Shown one piece after another: positions 48,264-57,793 of a stretch of 64,000 nt of DNA. Position numbers and translations under genes: made by a program. The stretch is taken from assembly GCA_043745805.1 (NCBI GenBank), contig JAYTSD010000044.1, positions 30,280 to 94,279 on the forward strand, written 5' to 3'. The stretch is from Fibrobacteria bacterium. Lineage in GTDB: Bacteria; Fibrobacterota; Fibrobacteria; UBA11236. Below the pieces are notes generated by a model. That model searched no databases, was not told the origin of the DNA, and was given only the letters and a program-made list of their open reading frames with translations. The number at the start of each line of letters is the position of its first letter. Within the stretch, counting starts at the first letter, position 1.

Positions 48264-49439
48264 TTACAATTTATCTTCGGGTACGTCCGCGCTATAATCT
48301 ACACCGAGAATTCCAAAACCAAAGAGTTTTAAAAATTCATCGCGGTAACCTTTAGCATCGCTGAGCTGGGCTAGGTTTTCTGTAGCTACAGTTTGCCAAA
48401 GATTTTTCACTTCGGCCTGTACATCTTCACGCATTTCCCATTCATCCATACGAATGCGGCCTTCGGCATCGACGGGAATAGTTTTGCCGGTAAAAACTTT
48501 ATCTTGGAACATTCTTTGCATTTGTTCTAAGCAGCCTTCATGGACATTTTTTTCTTTCATGATTTTATACAATAAGCTGATATAAAGCGGCATAAAAGGA
48601 ATGGCTGAACTGGCTTGAGTCACAAGCGCTTTGTTTACCGATACGTAAGCATTGCCACCGGTAGCGGCTAATTTTTTTTGTAAACGCAAAGCAGTGGCTT
48701 CGAGATGCGCTTTCGCTGAACCAATAGTTCCATGGCGATAAACCGCATGGGTAACTTCGGGGCCAATATAAGAATAGGCTATGGTCAAGGCATTAGGAGC
48801 CAATAAATTAGCGGCTTGCAAGGCATCGATCCACATTTCCCAATCTTCACCACCCATCACATCAATGGTTTGGCTAATTTCTTCGGCTGTTGCGGGTTCA
48901 ATCGTGATATTACTCACAATACCTGAATTGAAATCCAAAGTTTTATTGGTATAAGGAATATCTTTAGGCTTTAATACGGATTTGGACACTAAACCGGTTT
49001 TGGGATGTTGTCGACGAGGCGCAGCAAGACTGTAGATAACCAAGTCCACTTGGCCCAAATCGGTTTTAATGGTTTCCAAAGTCAGATTTTTGATTTCGTC
49101 GGTAAACGCATCGCCATTAATACTTTTGGCATATAAACCTTCGGCATTAGCAATTTTATCGAAGGAAACGCTTTGATACCAGCCTGGAGAAGCAAGGCGA
49201 CCCTTTTCGGAAGGGCGTTCATAAAAAACACCGAGCGTTTTGGATCCTGCGCCAAATGCATTGACGATGCGGCTGGAAAGCCCGTAGCCCGTAGAGGCGC
49301 CAATGATCAAGCAGTTTTTGGCCCCAGAAATTTCTCCATGTTTTTTGACATAGTCGATTTGCTGGCGAATTTGTGCTTCGCAGCCAATGGGGTGGGATGT
49401 GGTACAAATAAAGCCACGAATTTTGGGTTCAATAATCAT
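48264..49439 (-). CDS. fabV: Enoyl-ACP / trans-2-enoyl-CoA reductase FabV
   Basis: MIIEPKIRGFICTTSHPIGC, GASTGYG, YSLAAP, VMGGEDW, YSYIG, GTIGSAK. Confidence 0.95.
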   Translation of the reverse strand: MIIEPKIRGFICTTSHPIGCEAQIRQQIDYVKKHGEISGAKNCLIIGASTGYGLSSRIVNAFGAGSKTLGVFYERPSEKGRLASPGWYQSVSFDKIANAEGLYAKSINGDAFTDEIKNLTLETIKTDLGQVDLVIYSLAAPRRQHPKTGLVSKSVLKPKDIPYTNKTLDFNSGIVSNITIEPATAEEISQTIDVMGGEDWEMWIDALQAANLLAPNALTIAYSYIGPEVTHAVYRHGTIGSAKAHLEATALRLQKKLAATGGNAYVSVNKALVTQASSAIPFMPLYISLLYKIMKEKNVHEGCLEQMQRMFQDKVFTGKTIPVDAEGRIRMDEWEMREDVQAEVKNLWQTVATENLAQLSDAKGYRDEFLKLFGFGILGVDYSADVPEDKL

Positions 49440-49565
49440 AAGAGTCCTCAGCCAACCAATCGGCTTTATGTGCAAGGGAAATTTAAATTCGGGGGGGTTG
49501 ATTTCCAATGCGCAGTTGTATTGCTTTTATGTTAAATTTAAAAGATTTTAGAGGCGAGCGGAATT

Positions 49566-50684
49566 ATGAAATTCGAAGTGCAAAAATCAATCTTTCTCGA
49601 TGCCCTACAAATGGCCAACAGTGCAATACCTAGCAAATCTACTTTGCAAATACTCTATAATTTATTGTTGCGTCTAAACGGTGGTGTTTTAGAAATAGTT
49701 GCTTCGGATCTGGATTTGACCATTGCGCAAAAATTGCAGGTAGAAGGCCATCAAGATGGCCAAATAGTGCTAAATGCCAAGAAGTTGCTAGAAGTGGTGA
49801 AAGAGCTACCCGATTTTCCCGTAATTATAGCTGTGGATGATTATGTCGCTACTATTAAGAGCGAGGGTGGGTTTCAGTGTAATCTCACCGGATTCGATGC
49901 GGCAGAATATCCACTTTTGCCTGAAATCGAACAAGAACAAAATTTGGAGTTAAGTCTTAAAGACATCAAATTCTTGACTGAGAAAACAACTTTTGCGGTT
50001 TCCACGGATTATACGCGCGCAAATTTAACGGGAGTTTATTGGGAATTTAAAGATGGTGTCACCCAGATGGTTTCTACTGATGGGCATAAATTTGGCAAAG
50101 CGAAAATTATGTTACCTGGTAATACGGTCGCTGCGGGCGTTATTTTACCTCCTAAGGTTTTGAATCAAGTGTTACGTATGGCGGATGATGAAACGCAAGT
50201 CATTCAAATTAAAATAGGGGAAGCGAATGTGCGTTTTAGTACGGATACCATTGATATTTATACCAAATTGATTGATGGTCCTTATCCCAGTTTGGATGCG
50301 GTAATTCCCAAAGATTTTTCTAAAAAAATGAAAGCGAATCGTGAGCATTTAGCTTCAGTTATTCGTCGCGTAGCCACCATGTCGAATTCTAAAACACGTA
50401 TGGTGATTTTTGATTTCAAAGCAGGACAGCTTACCCTGTCGGCGCGGAATCAAGACTTGGGTGGCGATTCGGAAGAAAGTATTCCCGTGGAATATACGGG
50501 TGATGCCATTGAAGTGGGCATTAATGCAAATTATGTACTTGAAGAATTTCGCTTAATTCATACCGAAGAGGTTTGGTTTAAATTCAATGGGCCTTTAGGG
50601 GCAATAGTAATCGAACCAGTTATTGATCAAGCAAATTATTTCTTTATAGTGATGCCGCTAAGGGTATTAAAAGAAGCCGCTTAA
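49566..50684 (+). CDS. dnaN: DNA polymerase III beta sliding clamp
   Basis: SDLDL, STDGH, LIDGPYP, NANYV, C-terminal VMPLR. Confidence 0.95.
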   Translation: MKFEVQKSIFLDALQMANSAIPSKSTLQILYNLLLRLNGGVLEIVASDLDLTIAQKLQVEGHQDGQIVLNAKKLLEVVKELPDFPVIIAVDDYVATIKSEGGFQCNLTGFDAAEYPLLPEIEQEQNLELSLKDIKFLTEKTTFAVSTDYTRANLTGVYWEFKDGVTQMVSTDGHKFGKAKIMLPGNTVAAGVILPPKVLNQVLRMADDETQVIQIKIGEANVRFSTDTIDIYTKLIDGPYPSLDAVIPKDFSKKMKANREHLASVIRRVATMSNSKTRMVIFDFKAGQLTLSARNQDLGGDSEESIPVEYTGDAIEVGINANYVLEEFRLIHTEEVWFKFNGPLGAIVIEPVIDQANYFFIVMPLRVLKEAA

Positions 50685-50699
50685 TAAAGTGCTTAGGAA

Positions 50700-50733
50700 T
50701 TCTTATTGGTAACTTTAATGTTACTGATAAGAA
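50700..50733. terminator. Hairpin between convergent dnaN and response regulator genes
   Basis: TTCTTATTGGTAAC-6 nt-GTTACTGATAAGAA (two G-U pairs). Confidence 0.5.
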
Positions 50734-50745
50734 GCATATTCTATG

Positions 50746-51132
50746 TTAGTTTTTTGTCGATAACTCATCGGATAATAAATCTTCCACGCAAGAATAAAAT
50801 AATTCGAGATTAAAAGGCTTTTCAAAAGTTTTGTTAACTCCTAATAACCTTGCCGTTTTTAACATGTCCGCCCGATTATGCACTTGTCCACCCGACATGG
50901 AAATAATTTTAATATTGGGATTAATGCGCCTAAGGTCACTAATGAGTTCTATACCGTCTTTTCCCGGCATATAAATATCACAAATAATTAATTCAGGTGA
51001 GACTTCATTAAAGCGCGCAAGTCCTTGTATGCCATCATTGGCCATATAAATAAGATGACCAAGCGGATCGAGTAAATCCGAAATGAGATCCAAATGTTCT
51101 TGTTTATCATCGATCAATAAAATGCTTTTCAT
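50746..51132 (-). CDS. Single-domain response regulator (receiver)
   Basis: ILLIDD, CDIYMPGKDG, SMSG, EKPF. Confidence 0.92.
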   Translation of the reverse strand: MKSILLIDDKQEHLDLISDLLDPLGHLIYMANDGIQGLARFNEVSPELIICDIYMPGKDGIELISDLRRINPNIKIISMSGGQVHNRADMLKTARLLGVNKTFEKPFNLELFYSCVEDLLSDELSTKN

Positions 51133-51298
51133 TTTTGAATAATACCTAAAATCGATTTTTAAAATCAGACTTAGGCCGAAAATGAATGAATTTTAATGGG
51201 AAAATAAAAGAGGAAAAAAGCGCTTATAAATTTTTGTAATAAGAATGTAATAAACTAAAGAAAGGAGCTAAATCAATAAAAAGCCTGATACAATTGGT

Positions 51299-51958
51299 TT
51301 ATAAGGCATCCTTTAATTGTTTTCTTCTTTGCGCGACTAAAAAAATATAAATGATATCGAAAATAAAAATGAGAATGAACATTAGCTCCAGCAATGCAAA
51401 AGGCTCTTTATCCGGTTTTACCGAAGGATAGGCGAAATGCGTGACAATGGAGGCGATTCCGGTTCCGAACATTTTTGTCCAAGCACCTGCATAAGAAATA
51501 CCCTTTAAATCGCGACGATTGAAATAAAAGAAAATAAAAGAAAGCGACATTACCATATTCATTAAAAAAGAAATTTCTGTTCCGGTAATGTCATGATAGT
51601 CGCGTACGAATAGATAAATTCCAGCGAAACAGGAGAGGATGGTAAAAATAACGATCGGATAAAAATACTTTTTGATTTCAGGGATAATTTGTTCAGGTCG
51701 TCCATAGCGAAATAATTGATAGACAATAAAAGCATCGGGAATGAACCAAGCGCGATAAAGCCAGGTGCGAGTCATGTTTTTATCCATGTAAATAAAAGAG
51801 AATATGAATTCCCAAGAAATATTTAAGCAAATAGCCAGCAAAGGCATACAATAGGTTTTTTGTTTAAAGCCTAAGCGAATAAAAAGGATATAGCTAACCG
51901 TCCATAGTAAGCAATAGGCTACGATTCCGGTCATGATAATGGGATTGTCTGGGCTCAT
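51299..51958 (-). CDS. PaxB/Pyr4-like integral membrane terpene-cyclase-family protein
   Basis: About 7 TMs in 219 aa; W..SY...I..G.K.KTYCMP..A.CLNISWEF motif; G.S...AW.KMFGT; late FIFDIIY Asp. Confidence 0.72.
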   Translation of the reverse strand: MSPDNPIIMTGIVAYCLLWTVSYILFIRLGFKQKTYCMPLLAICLNISWEFIFSFIYMDKNMTRTWLYRAWFIPDAFIVYQLFRYGRPEQIIPEIKKYFYPIVIFTILSCFAGIYLFVRDYHDITGTEISFLMNMVMSLSFIFFYFNRRDLKGISYAGAWTKMFGTGIASIVTHFAYPSVKPDKEPFALLELMFILIFIFDIIYIFLVAQRRKQLKDAL

Positions 51959-53220
51959 AAAAACCTCAAAGTAAATAGCATCCCTGATTCCAGTCTTTGC
52001 ACTTTAGCTTGAATCCCCATTTCTTCTCCGCGAGTTAATAAGGTATGCAGAAAAACGCCATGTTGATCAGTATCTTCTTTTTTTGAAGAATGATGCAAGG
52101 TAATATCATCCGGATTAAAACCGCCGGCATTGTCCACAATCTCTAATTCCATCGGGTGAGGAGAATGCATACGTATTTCCAACGGCTTTATTTCACGCAG
52201 CTCGGCAGCCTCTTGTGCATTTTGAATAAGGTTTACGAGTATAGATAGGAAAAATGGAAGATGCCCATTAAAAATTGTTTTTAAGGAGTTTTCATCGAAC
52301 ACAAATTTTACCTGATTAAATCTTTCGGTAACCGATAAAATATGTTCGTATAAGGAAAAAGAAACCTTGCCTTCAGGCGCGATGAGATTCAATTTTTCTT
52401 TTACTTCTTGAATAACGCTTTCGGTTAGTACACCGTAACGTTCAGGTACTTCTCCTTTTTTGCGTCCTAATAAAATTCGATTCAAACGAAAGAGAGAATT
52501 GTTGATATCATGCACGGCCATCACAGAAGCGAATTCAAAAGTTTTGTTCTTTTGTACTGCTAAATTAAGTGCTCCGCGATTTTTGGCATGCTCGCTTTTT
52601 TCATTTAAAAATTCGGAGATCCAACGGGTTTTTTCTTCCGCCAAAGTTTGAATTTCAGTTTCAAAATTCTTCACCTGATTTTTTTGTAAACTAAAACTGA
52701 TGATCATAATGATATGCACAACGAATTGGGGAATAGTAATGTAAATGGGATAATGATGGGTAAAAATGGAGGCTTGGGAAATGAGTATAAATCCATAAAT
52801 ACAGTACTTAAAGACATTACTGCGCAAATGAGAAATGTTGAAATTATTATAGAGAATAGCGGCAAATGCAGGTAGCATAAGCAGCTTTCCGCCGGGCTCG
52901 AATATAACTAAAACCGCAATCGTAAATTGATCACATACGAGCTTGAATTGCATTCTTTTTTTAAGCAGCTCTTCTTCGGTTTTACTCAATTTCAAAATCA
53001 ATTCGCAGAATAGGAGAAAGTCAATTATCCAGACTAAGCCCATGCTCCAGCTAATTACCGAGATATGCGCATAAAACAAATAAATGGGTATGACTAAAAG
53101 ATTCGTGAGTAAAGTCGATTTATAAATATTGGCCACAGTAGGTGCTAGCATGCGCTGAATAGCTTGCTTGAACCGCGAAGGTTTATTTTGCTCGAAAAGC
53201 AATGACTTTGGTGAATTCAT
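51955..53220 (-). CDS. Membrane sensor histidine kinase
   Basis: About 5-6 N-terminal TMs; H-box AVHDINNSL, N-box NLIQNAQEA, G1 VDNAGGF, degenerate G2 HGVFL. Confidence 0.82.
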   Translation of the reverse strand: MNSPKSLLFEQNKPSRFKQAIQRMLAPTVANIYKSTLLTNLLVIPIYLFYAHISVISWSMGLVWIIDFLLFCELILKLSKTEEELLKKRMQFKLVCDQFTIAVLVIFEPGGKLLMLPAFAAILYNNFNISHLRSNVFKYCIYGFILISQASIFTHHYPIYITIPQFVVHIIMIISFSLQKNQVKNFETEIQTLAEEKTRWISEFLNEKSEHAKNRGALNLAVQKNKTFEFASVMAVHDINNSLFRLNRILLGRKKGEVPERYGVLTESVIQEVKEKLNLIAPEGKVSFSLYEHILSVTERFNQVKFVFDENSLKTIFNGHLPFFLSILVNLIQNAQEAAELREIKPLEIRMHSPHPMELEIVDNAGGFNPDDITLHHSSKKEDTDQHGVFLHTLLTRGEEMGIQAKVQRLESGMLFTLRFL

Positions 53221-53968
53221 AGGATAAAACTATCATCATGGAAAAAATCCACACCGTAACGGCTTCAATGGGCAAATGCGACCATGGTGGGATGAATATA
53301 CCTAGCATATGTATAGGATTATAATTCCAATAGCCCCTAGGTAACGCCAAAGTAACTTCCCAAATGATAGAAATCAAGGTAGTGACGGTTAAGGTGAGGA
53401 AAAAAGCGCGGAAATTGATAAAATGGCGGGTTATTTTCCAAAAGAAAAAAAATGGAACATAGGCGACTACAGTTAAAAATAAAATGTAACCGGGCAGAAA
53501 GGATCCCGTGGGATTTAGCCAATGTTTTAAAACAACAAAGGAGAGCATTAAACCGGTTGGAAAAAATATATGGGTGAAATTAAGTCGATGTTCGATAGTC
53601 CGCCCCAAGGAAAAAGCCTGTTGTCGATAAAGACTGTCATCCATATTATATTTCAATAGGAAGTATTCATCACTATAAACATAGGCAAATAAAATAAACC
53701 AAAAACCCGAAATGTAAAAAATGAATTCTTCGAGAGGAATACCATAAATATTAATTCCTAAAGTCATATTAGGATTAGGAAAAACAAAAAATAATTTTCC
53801 AAAAATCAAATCGAGAATAAATCCAATCAGTGCCAAAACTCCGATATTGATCCAGATGGCTTTTTTTTGGGGTGGCTTTAATAATTTTCTTTTCGAAAAA
53901 AATCCCTGCATCCAAATAATTGGAACAATCCAGAATGCTAATGAAATGGTATATTCGGGCAAATGCAT
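53183..53968 (-). CDS. Membrane protein with two lycopene-cyclase-like (CrtYc/Yd-type) domains
   Basis: Start MHLPEY overlaps the upstream TAA; two repeats ending LGINIYGIPLEEFIFY and WNYNP..MLGIFI...LPIEAVTVW. Confidence 0.68.
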   Translation of the reverse strand: MHLPEYTISLAFWIVPIIWMQGFFSKRKLLKPPQKKAIWINIGVLALIGFILDLIFGKLFFVFPNPNMTLGINIYGIPLEEFIFYISGFWFILFAYVYSDEYFLLKYNMDDSLYRQQAFSLGRTIEHRLNFTHIFFPTGLMLSFVVLKHWLNPTGSFLPGYILFLTVVAYVPFFFFWKITRHFINFRAFFLTLTVTTLISIIWEVTLALPRGYWNYNPIHMLGIFIPPWSHLPIEAVTVWIFSMMIVLSYEFTKVIAFRAK

Positions 53969-54501
53969 TAAAAAACCTTGGGAACAATTGTATGCACTAT
54001 GAAATAAACAATTACACCCATGCCAAAATATCCAATTCGCACGGCTATGGGTATTGGGCCAACCATTACAGGTTTTCCAGTCCATAGTGTGGTTATCCAA
54101 TATTGCTCATTATATTTCCAAAGGCCTAATTTTAAAAATACCCATTCTAAAATATTACCGACTATGCCTAGCCCTATTGAGGCTGTCCAAATAGGATGCC
54201 AATGGGTGAGTAATGTTTGTTGTAATAATTGTCCTAAACTTAATCCAAAAATTAAAGTGGCTTGCCAACCTAAACCAAAAATCCAATTCACATCTCTATC
54301 TCGAACCGTGAAAGTAGAGTTTAGGAGTAAAGGATTATAATTCCACGCCGCTTCTGTGGTAAATTCAAAAGTCATTCCGAAATAATAAAATACGACAAAG
54401 GCAGGAAAGCTTAAATGTAAATAGCAGAACTGTGGAATAAGGCCCAAAGCGAACAAGGTCATGATGGCATATTCATATTTGCAAAAAACAATTTTCTTCA
54501 T
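53968..54501 (-). CDS. Membrane protein with E..W.Y..P repeats (lycopene-cyclase/CruF/DUF2878-like superfamily)
   Basis: FEFTTEAAWNYNP and LEWVFLKLGLWKY...IPIAVRIGYF. Confidence 0.55.
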   Translation of the reverse strand: MKKIVFCKYEYAIMTLFALGLIPQFCYLHLSFPAFVVFYYFGMTFEFTTEAAWNYNPLLLNSTFTVRDRDVNWIFGLGWQATLIFGLSLGQLLQQTLLTHWHPIWTASIGLGIVGNILEWVFLKLGLWKYNEQYWITTLWTGKPVMVGPIPIAVRIGYFGMGVIVYFIVHTIVPKVF

Positions 54502-54630
54502 AAGCGTCGCTTTCGAATTATAAATTTATGCTAGCAAGCTGAATACAAATTGTCGAGATTTTTTTTTTGATATTAATGGGGATTATTAGGAAAGGTTGTT
54601 TCGGAGAGTGAGAAACATTATAATGATGTC

Positions 54631-55899
54631 ATGCGAATTTGTTTACAAATATTATTAATAGGACTGTGGGTAACTTCTATTGCCGCGAGGCCTTTATTTC
54701 CCAGCCCAGAAATAGGCACTGAATCTCAAGCGCATGCTGGCGGAGGAACGGCCTTAGAGGGAGGTTTGCATTCCTTATGGACCAATCCCGCCGGACTTAA
54801 TATCGTTGATGGATCAGAATGGGAAATAGGATCAATGGGTGTGAACGAAGGATTTTCTCCCTATGCTTGGTATGGCAGTCATGCTTTAGAAAGATCAAGT
54901 TATGCATTGGGATATTTTAGGGATACGCGTTTAGGGCCTAATTATCAAGGTTTAATAGGAGCATTTACTTTAACTCCCATATCTTGGTGGACGGGTGGTG
55001 TTACCGTTTTAAATACCGTGGTGGGAGAGGATTTTGGAATTGATATGAACGCGGGATTAATTTTACGTGCAGGGGAGCATTGGCGTTTGGGTGGAGACAT
55101 AAAAAATATTTTTCAGCAAGGCTATGGTCGTGAACCTGAGGGTTATGCCTCCGAAAGAAAAGTAAGTTTCGGTTTAGCGTATTTGAAGGATGATTTAGCT
55201 TGGGGCAATATCAATGGTTTGACCATGAGTTATGATTTTAAAATTTATGGATGGAATCAAACGGGGGATATTTTACCTAAAGATTTTTCCCATGTGTTTT
55301 CGCTAGACTTAGAATTAAATCCGCAAAAAAATATGGCATTGCATGTAGCTTCAGTGTTACCTCAGCAAGATTTTTCCAAGGACCTGAAAATCATGGGTGG
55401 GTTTAATGTAATGTTTGGAATTAAACAGCATCAACTTGGGTTGGATTATGCAATAGCAGATAAGGCAAAAAATAATACTGGATTTGGTCCTAATCATTAT
55501 AGTCATTCCTTGTCCATTCATAGACAACCCAAGCAAGCGCCTAGAGTTGAGCCTCCTAAAATTTTTGCCAAAACGGATCAAAGTACTTTTACGCTTTCCA
55601 AGTTAACCGAAGCTCCTTTGCACTTTTTTCTTTGGGCAGAAAATTCTGCACATCCCATTACCCATTGGTCTTTATTAATTTGCCATTCCGATTCCAATGG
55701 GGTTTTGGGGGATACGGTACGTTATTTTGAAGGTAAAGAGTTGCCGCCACGCTTTGTGGCATGGGATGGATTAGATGAAAGAGGCCAACTATTAAATGCC
55801 GGCTATTATGCCTTTAGTTTTATTGCTAAAAATAGCGGAGGCAGGGAAAGCAAAACGCTATGGCAGTTTATTGAATTAATTTTGCCTAGTAAAGATTAG
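54631..55899 (+). CDS. Outer-membrane barrel-like protein (FadL/PorV-like) with a C-terminal FlgD Ig-like domain
   Basis: Signal peptide; GG..A.....SLWTNPAGL; alternating beta-strands; VAWDGLDERGQLLNAGYY. Confidence 0.6.
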   Translation: MRICLQILLIGLWVTSIAARPLFPSPEIGTESQAHAGGGTALEGGLHSLWTNPAGLNIVDGSEWEIGSMGVNEGFSPYAWYGSHALERSSYALGYFRDTRLGPNYQGLIGAFTLTPISWWTGGVTVLNTVVGEDFGIDMNAGLILRAGEHWRLGGDIKNIFQQGYGREPEGYASERKVSFGLAYLKDDLAWGNINGLTMSYDFKIYGWNQTGDILPKDFSHVFSLDLELNPQKNMALHVASVLPQQDFSKDLKIMGGFNVMFGIKQHQLGLDYAIADKAKNNTGFGPNHYSHSLSIHRQPKQAPRVEPPKIFAKTDQSTFTLSKLTEAPLHFFLWAENSAHPITHWSLLICHSDSNGVLGDTVRYFEGKELPPRFVAWDGLDERGQLLNAGYYAFSFIAKNSGGRESKTLWQFIELILPSKD

Positions 55900-56273
55900 A
55901 TTTTTGATTCTAAAACTTGTGCTACCATTTGGGATAGCCCTTTAGGATTGAATGGCTTCGCTAAAAATTGCGCATTCAATAAAAACATACCATCGCGTAT
56001 ATCTTCAGCTTGGCGATTTCCCGACATGAATAAAACTAAAGTATCGGGACGATAAATCACCAATTGCTCCGCTAGTTCTGGTCCACTCATTGGCGACATT
56101 TCCACATCCGTAACTAATAAGTGAATGGGTCCTTTATGTTGGGTGCTAATAAATAAGGCATCCACTGCATTGTCTGCGTCTAAAACTTCATAGCCATTAT
56201 GTTCTAAAAACATTTTTACTACTGTGCGTAAAGATGTCTCGTCTTCTACTAATAATATTGTTTCGCCGTGCAT
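55896..56273 (-). CDS. Single-domain response regulator (CckA-type receiver)
   Basis: ETILLVEDE, LLVTDVEM..MSGPELA, LFMSG, AKPF. Confidence 0.92.
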   Translation of the reverse strand: MHGETILLVEDETSLRTVVKMFLEHNGYEVLDADNAVDALFISTQHKGPIHLLVTDVEMSPMSGPELAEQLVIYRPDTLVLFMSGNRQAEDIRDGMFLLNAQFLAKPFNPKGLSQMVAQVLESKI

Positions 56274-56433
56274 AAATCCCCTCTCTCAATTGCGCGCTCA
56301 CATTGAGAGGCATTAAATGATCTGTTTTGATTATAGGGCGGTTGTATGCCACAGTCAAATATAATGGTATAAATGATCGGGATTTTTTTTAGATAATAAA
56401 AGGAATTAGCGGGTTTTGAGGTCGATTTGCGCG

Positions 56434-57267
56434 CTACGCGGCATAGGACAAAGCCTTAAGCATTCCTTGATGTAATTCTTGATTACTGAATAAAACACTT
56501 TTGCTATGAATATCCCAAGCACTACCATCGAGTTGGCATACCTTGCCGCCGGCTTCTTCTACTAATAAACTTCCTACTGCCACATCCCAAGGATAAAAGC
56601 ATACCATGCAATAAGCATCGAGTTTTCCTGAGGCTACATAAGAGGCTTCCACACAGGAAGAGCCCAAACATTTTACTCTTTGCATAGCCTCAGCAGAGAG
56701 CATTCGGCGCTTAAGATTTTCTTCATTCAATTGATGGCGCAAGGTAATATCGCCCACATTTAAATCACCATGGGAAATGATGGCTTGATTGAGCGTGCTT
56801 AAATGACTAACACTAATTTTTTTTCCATTGCAAAAAGCGCCTTGGCCTTTGATAGCCGTGTACATTTCATCCATGGCGGGCATATAAATGGCGCCTACGG
56901 AACGTACACCTTTGATAATTAAGCCAATAGAAATGGCCCAAAGGGGAATACAGCGCGAATAATTAATAGTTCCATCAATAGGATCCACATACCAAGTAAA
57001 ATCACTGCCCGCTTCCTTATCGGCACCTTCTTCGGTGACAATATTATGATCGGGAAAGGCATCGCTAAGATGTTTACGAATGGCGGCATCACAAGCTAAA
57101 TCAGCCTCGGTGACAATGTCTTTTTCGCCTTTGAATTGAATATGTCGCAAAGAATTTTGTTTGTCTAAAGCGATTTGTCCGGCTTCGCGGCAGGCCGCAA
57201 TGGCGGTGTCTAGGTAGGTTTGGTGGTTCATAGGTGGTAAGGTAAAATCAAAGTTAATCTTCGGCAA
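56434..57267 (-). CDS. suhB: Inositol monophosphatase family protein
   Basis: DIVTEAD, TEE, WYVDPIDGTINY, WDVAVG; start probably MNHQ at 57231. Confidence 0.9.
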   Translation of the reverse strand: MPKINFDFTLPPMNHQTYLDTAIAACREAGQIALDKQNSLRHIQFKGEKDIVTEADLACDAAIRKHLSDAFPDHNIVTEEGADKEAGSDFTWYVDPIDGTINYSRCIPLWAISIGLIIKGVRSVGAIYMPAMDEMYTAIKGQGAFCNGKKISVSHLSTLNQAIISHGDLNVGDITLRHQLNEENLKRRMLSAEAMQRVKCLGSSCVEASYVASGKLDAYCMVCFYPWDVAVGSLLVEEAGGKVCQLDGSAWDIHSKSVLFSNQELHQGMLKALSYAA

Positions 57268-57320
57268 TAAGTGCTAGTTAAGGGCAAAGGCATAAATTAA
57301 AGGTGTACTTACCGGCTTTA

Positions 57321-57416
57321 ATTAATAAAGGTGTTTAGTTCAAAGGTCTTGGCGGCCCCATAAATTGGGTCTTTTTCGCAAAATAAAGGGGTTAGCATTA
57401 ATAAAGGTGTTTAGTT
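57321..57416. repeat. 20-bp exact direct repeat (57321-57340 and 57397-57416)
   Basis: ATTAATAAAGGTGTTTAGTT occurs twice, 56 nt apart. Confidence 0.85.
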
Positions 57417-57490
57417 TGGAGACCAATAATTTTAACATTAAAATTTGATTTTCCTTATTATCTTATGGGTAATCGAGCTATGGAATTTTA

Positions 57491-57520
57491 TTGACTTAAC
57501 ACAAATTCAATCGGTAAACT
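57491..57520 (+). promoter_or_regulatory. Candidate sigma70 promoter
   Basis: TTGACT-18 nt-TAAACT, 21 nt before the ATG at 57542. Confidence 0.4.
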
Positions 57521-57541
57521 TTTGAAAACCTAGGAATTTTT

Positions 57542-57793
57542 ATGTCAGATTTATCAAGAAACCAATTAGATCAAAATTATGAAGCATTTACCAAACTTTT
57601 ACCAGAGTTAGTTAAATCACATCCAGGAAAATTTGCCTTAATGCATGACGGTAATATTATGGAGTATTTTGACACGGTACGAGATGCTTATAAAACAGGA
57701 AATGCTTTATTCAAAAAAGACACTGAATTTTCCATTCAAGAAATTATTGAAACCCCAATCGATCTCGGTTTTTTTTCGCATGCCGTGTCTTAA
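57542..57793 (+). CDS. DUF5678-like small protein
   Basis: NYEAF...LPEL...HPGKFALMHDGNI..YFDT..DAY..G. Confidence 0.6.
   Translation: MSDLSRNQLDQNYEAFTKLLPELVKSHPGKFALMHDGNIMEYFDTVRDAYKTGNALFKKDTEFSIQEIIETPIDLGFFSHAVS

Noticed and set aside
57321-57416. Possible CRISPR array
   Set aside because: Only two 20-bp units with a 56-nt spacer, and no cas genes in the window
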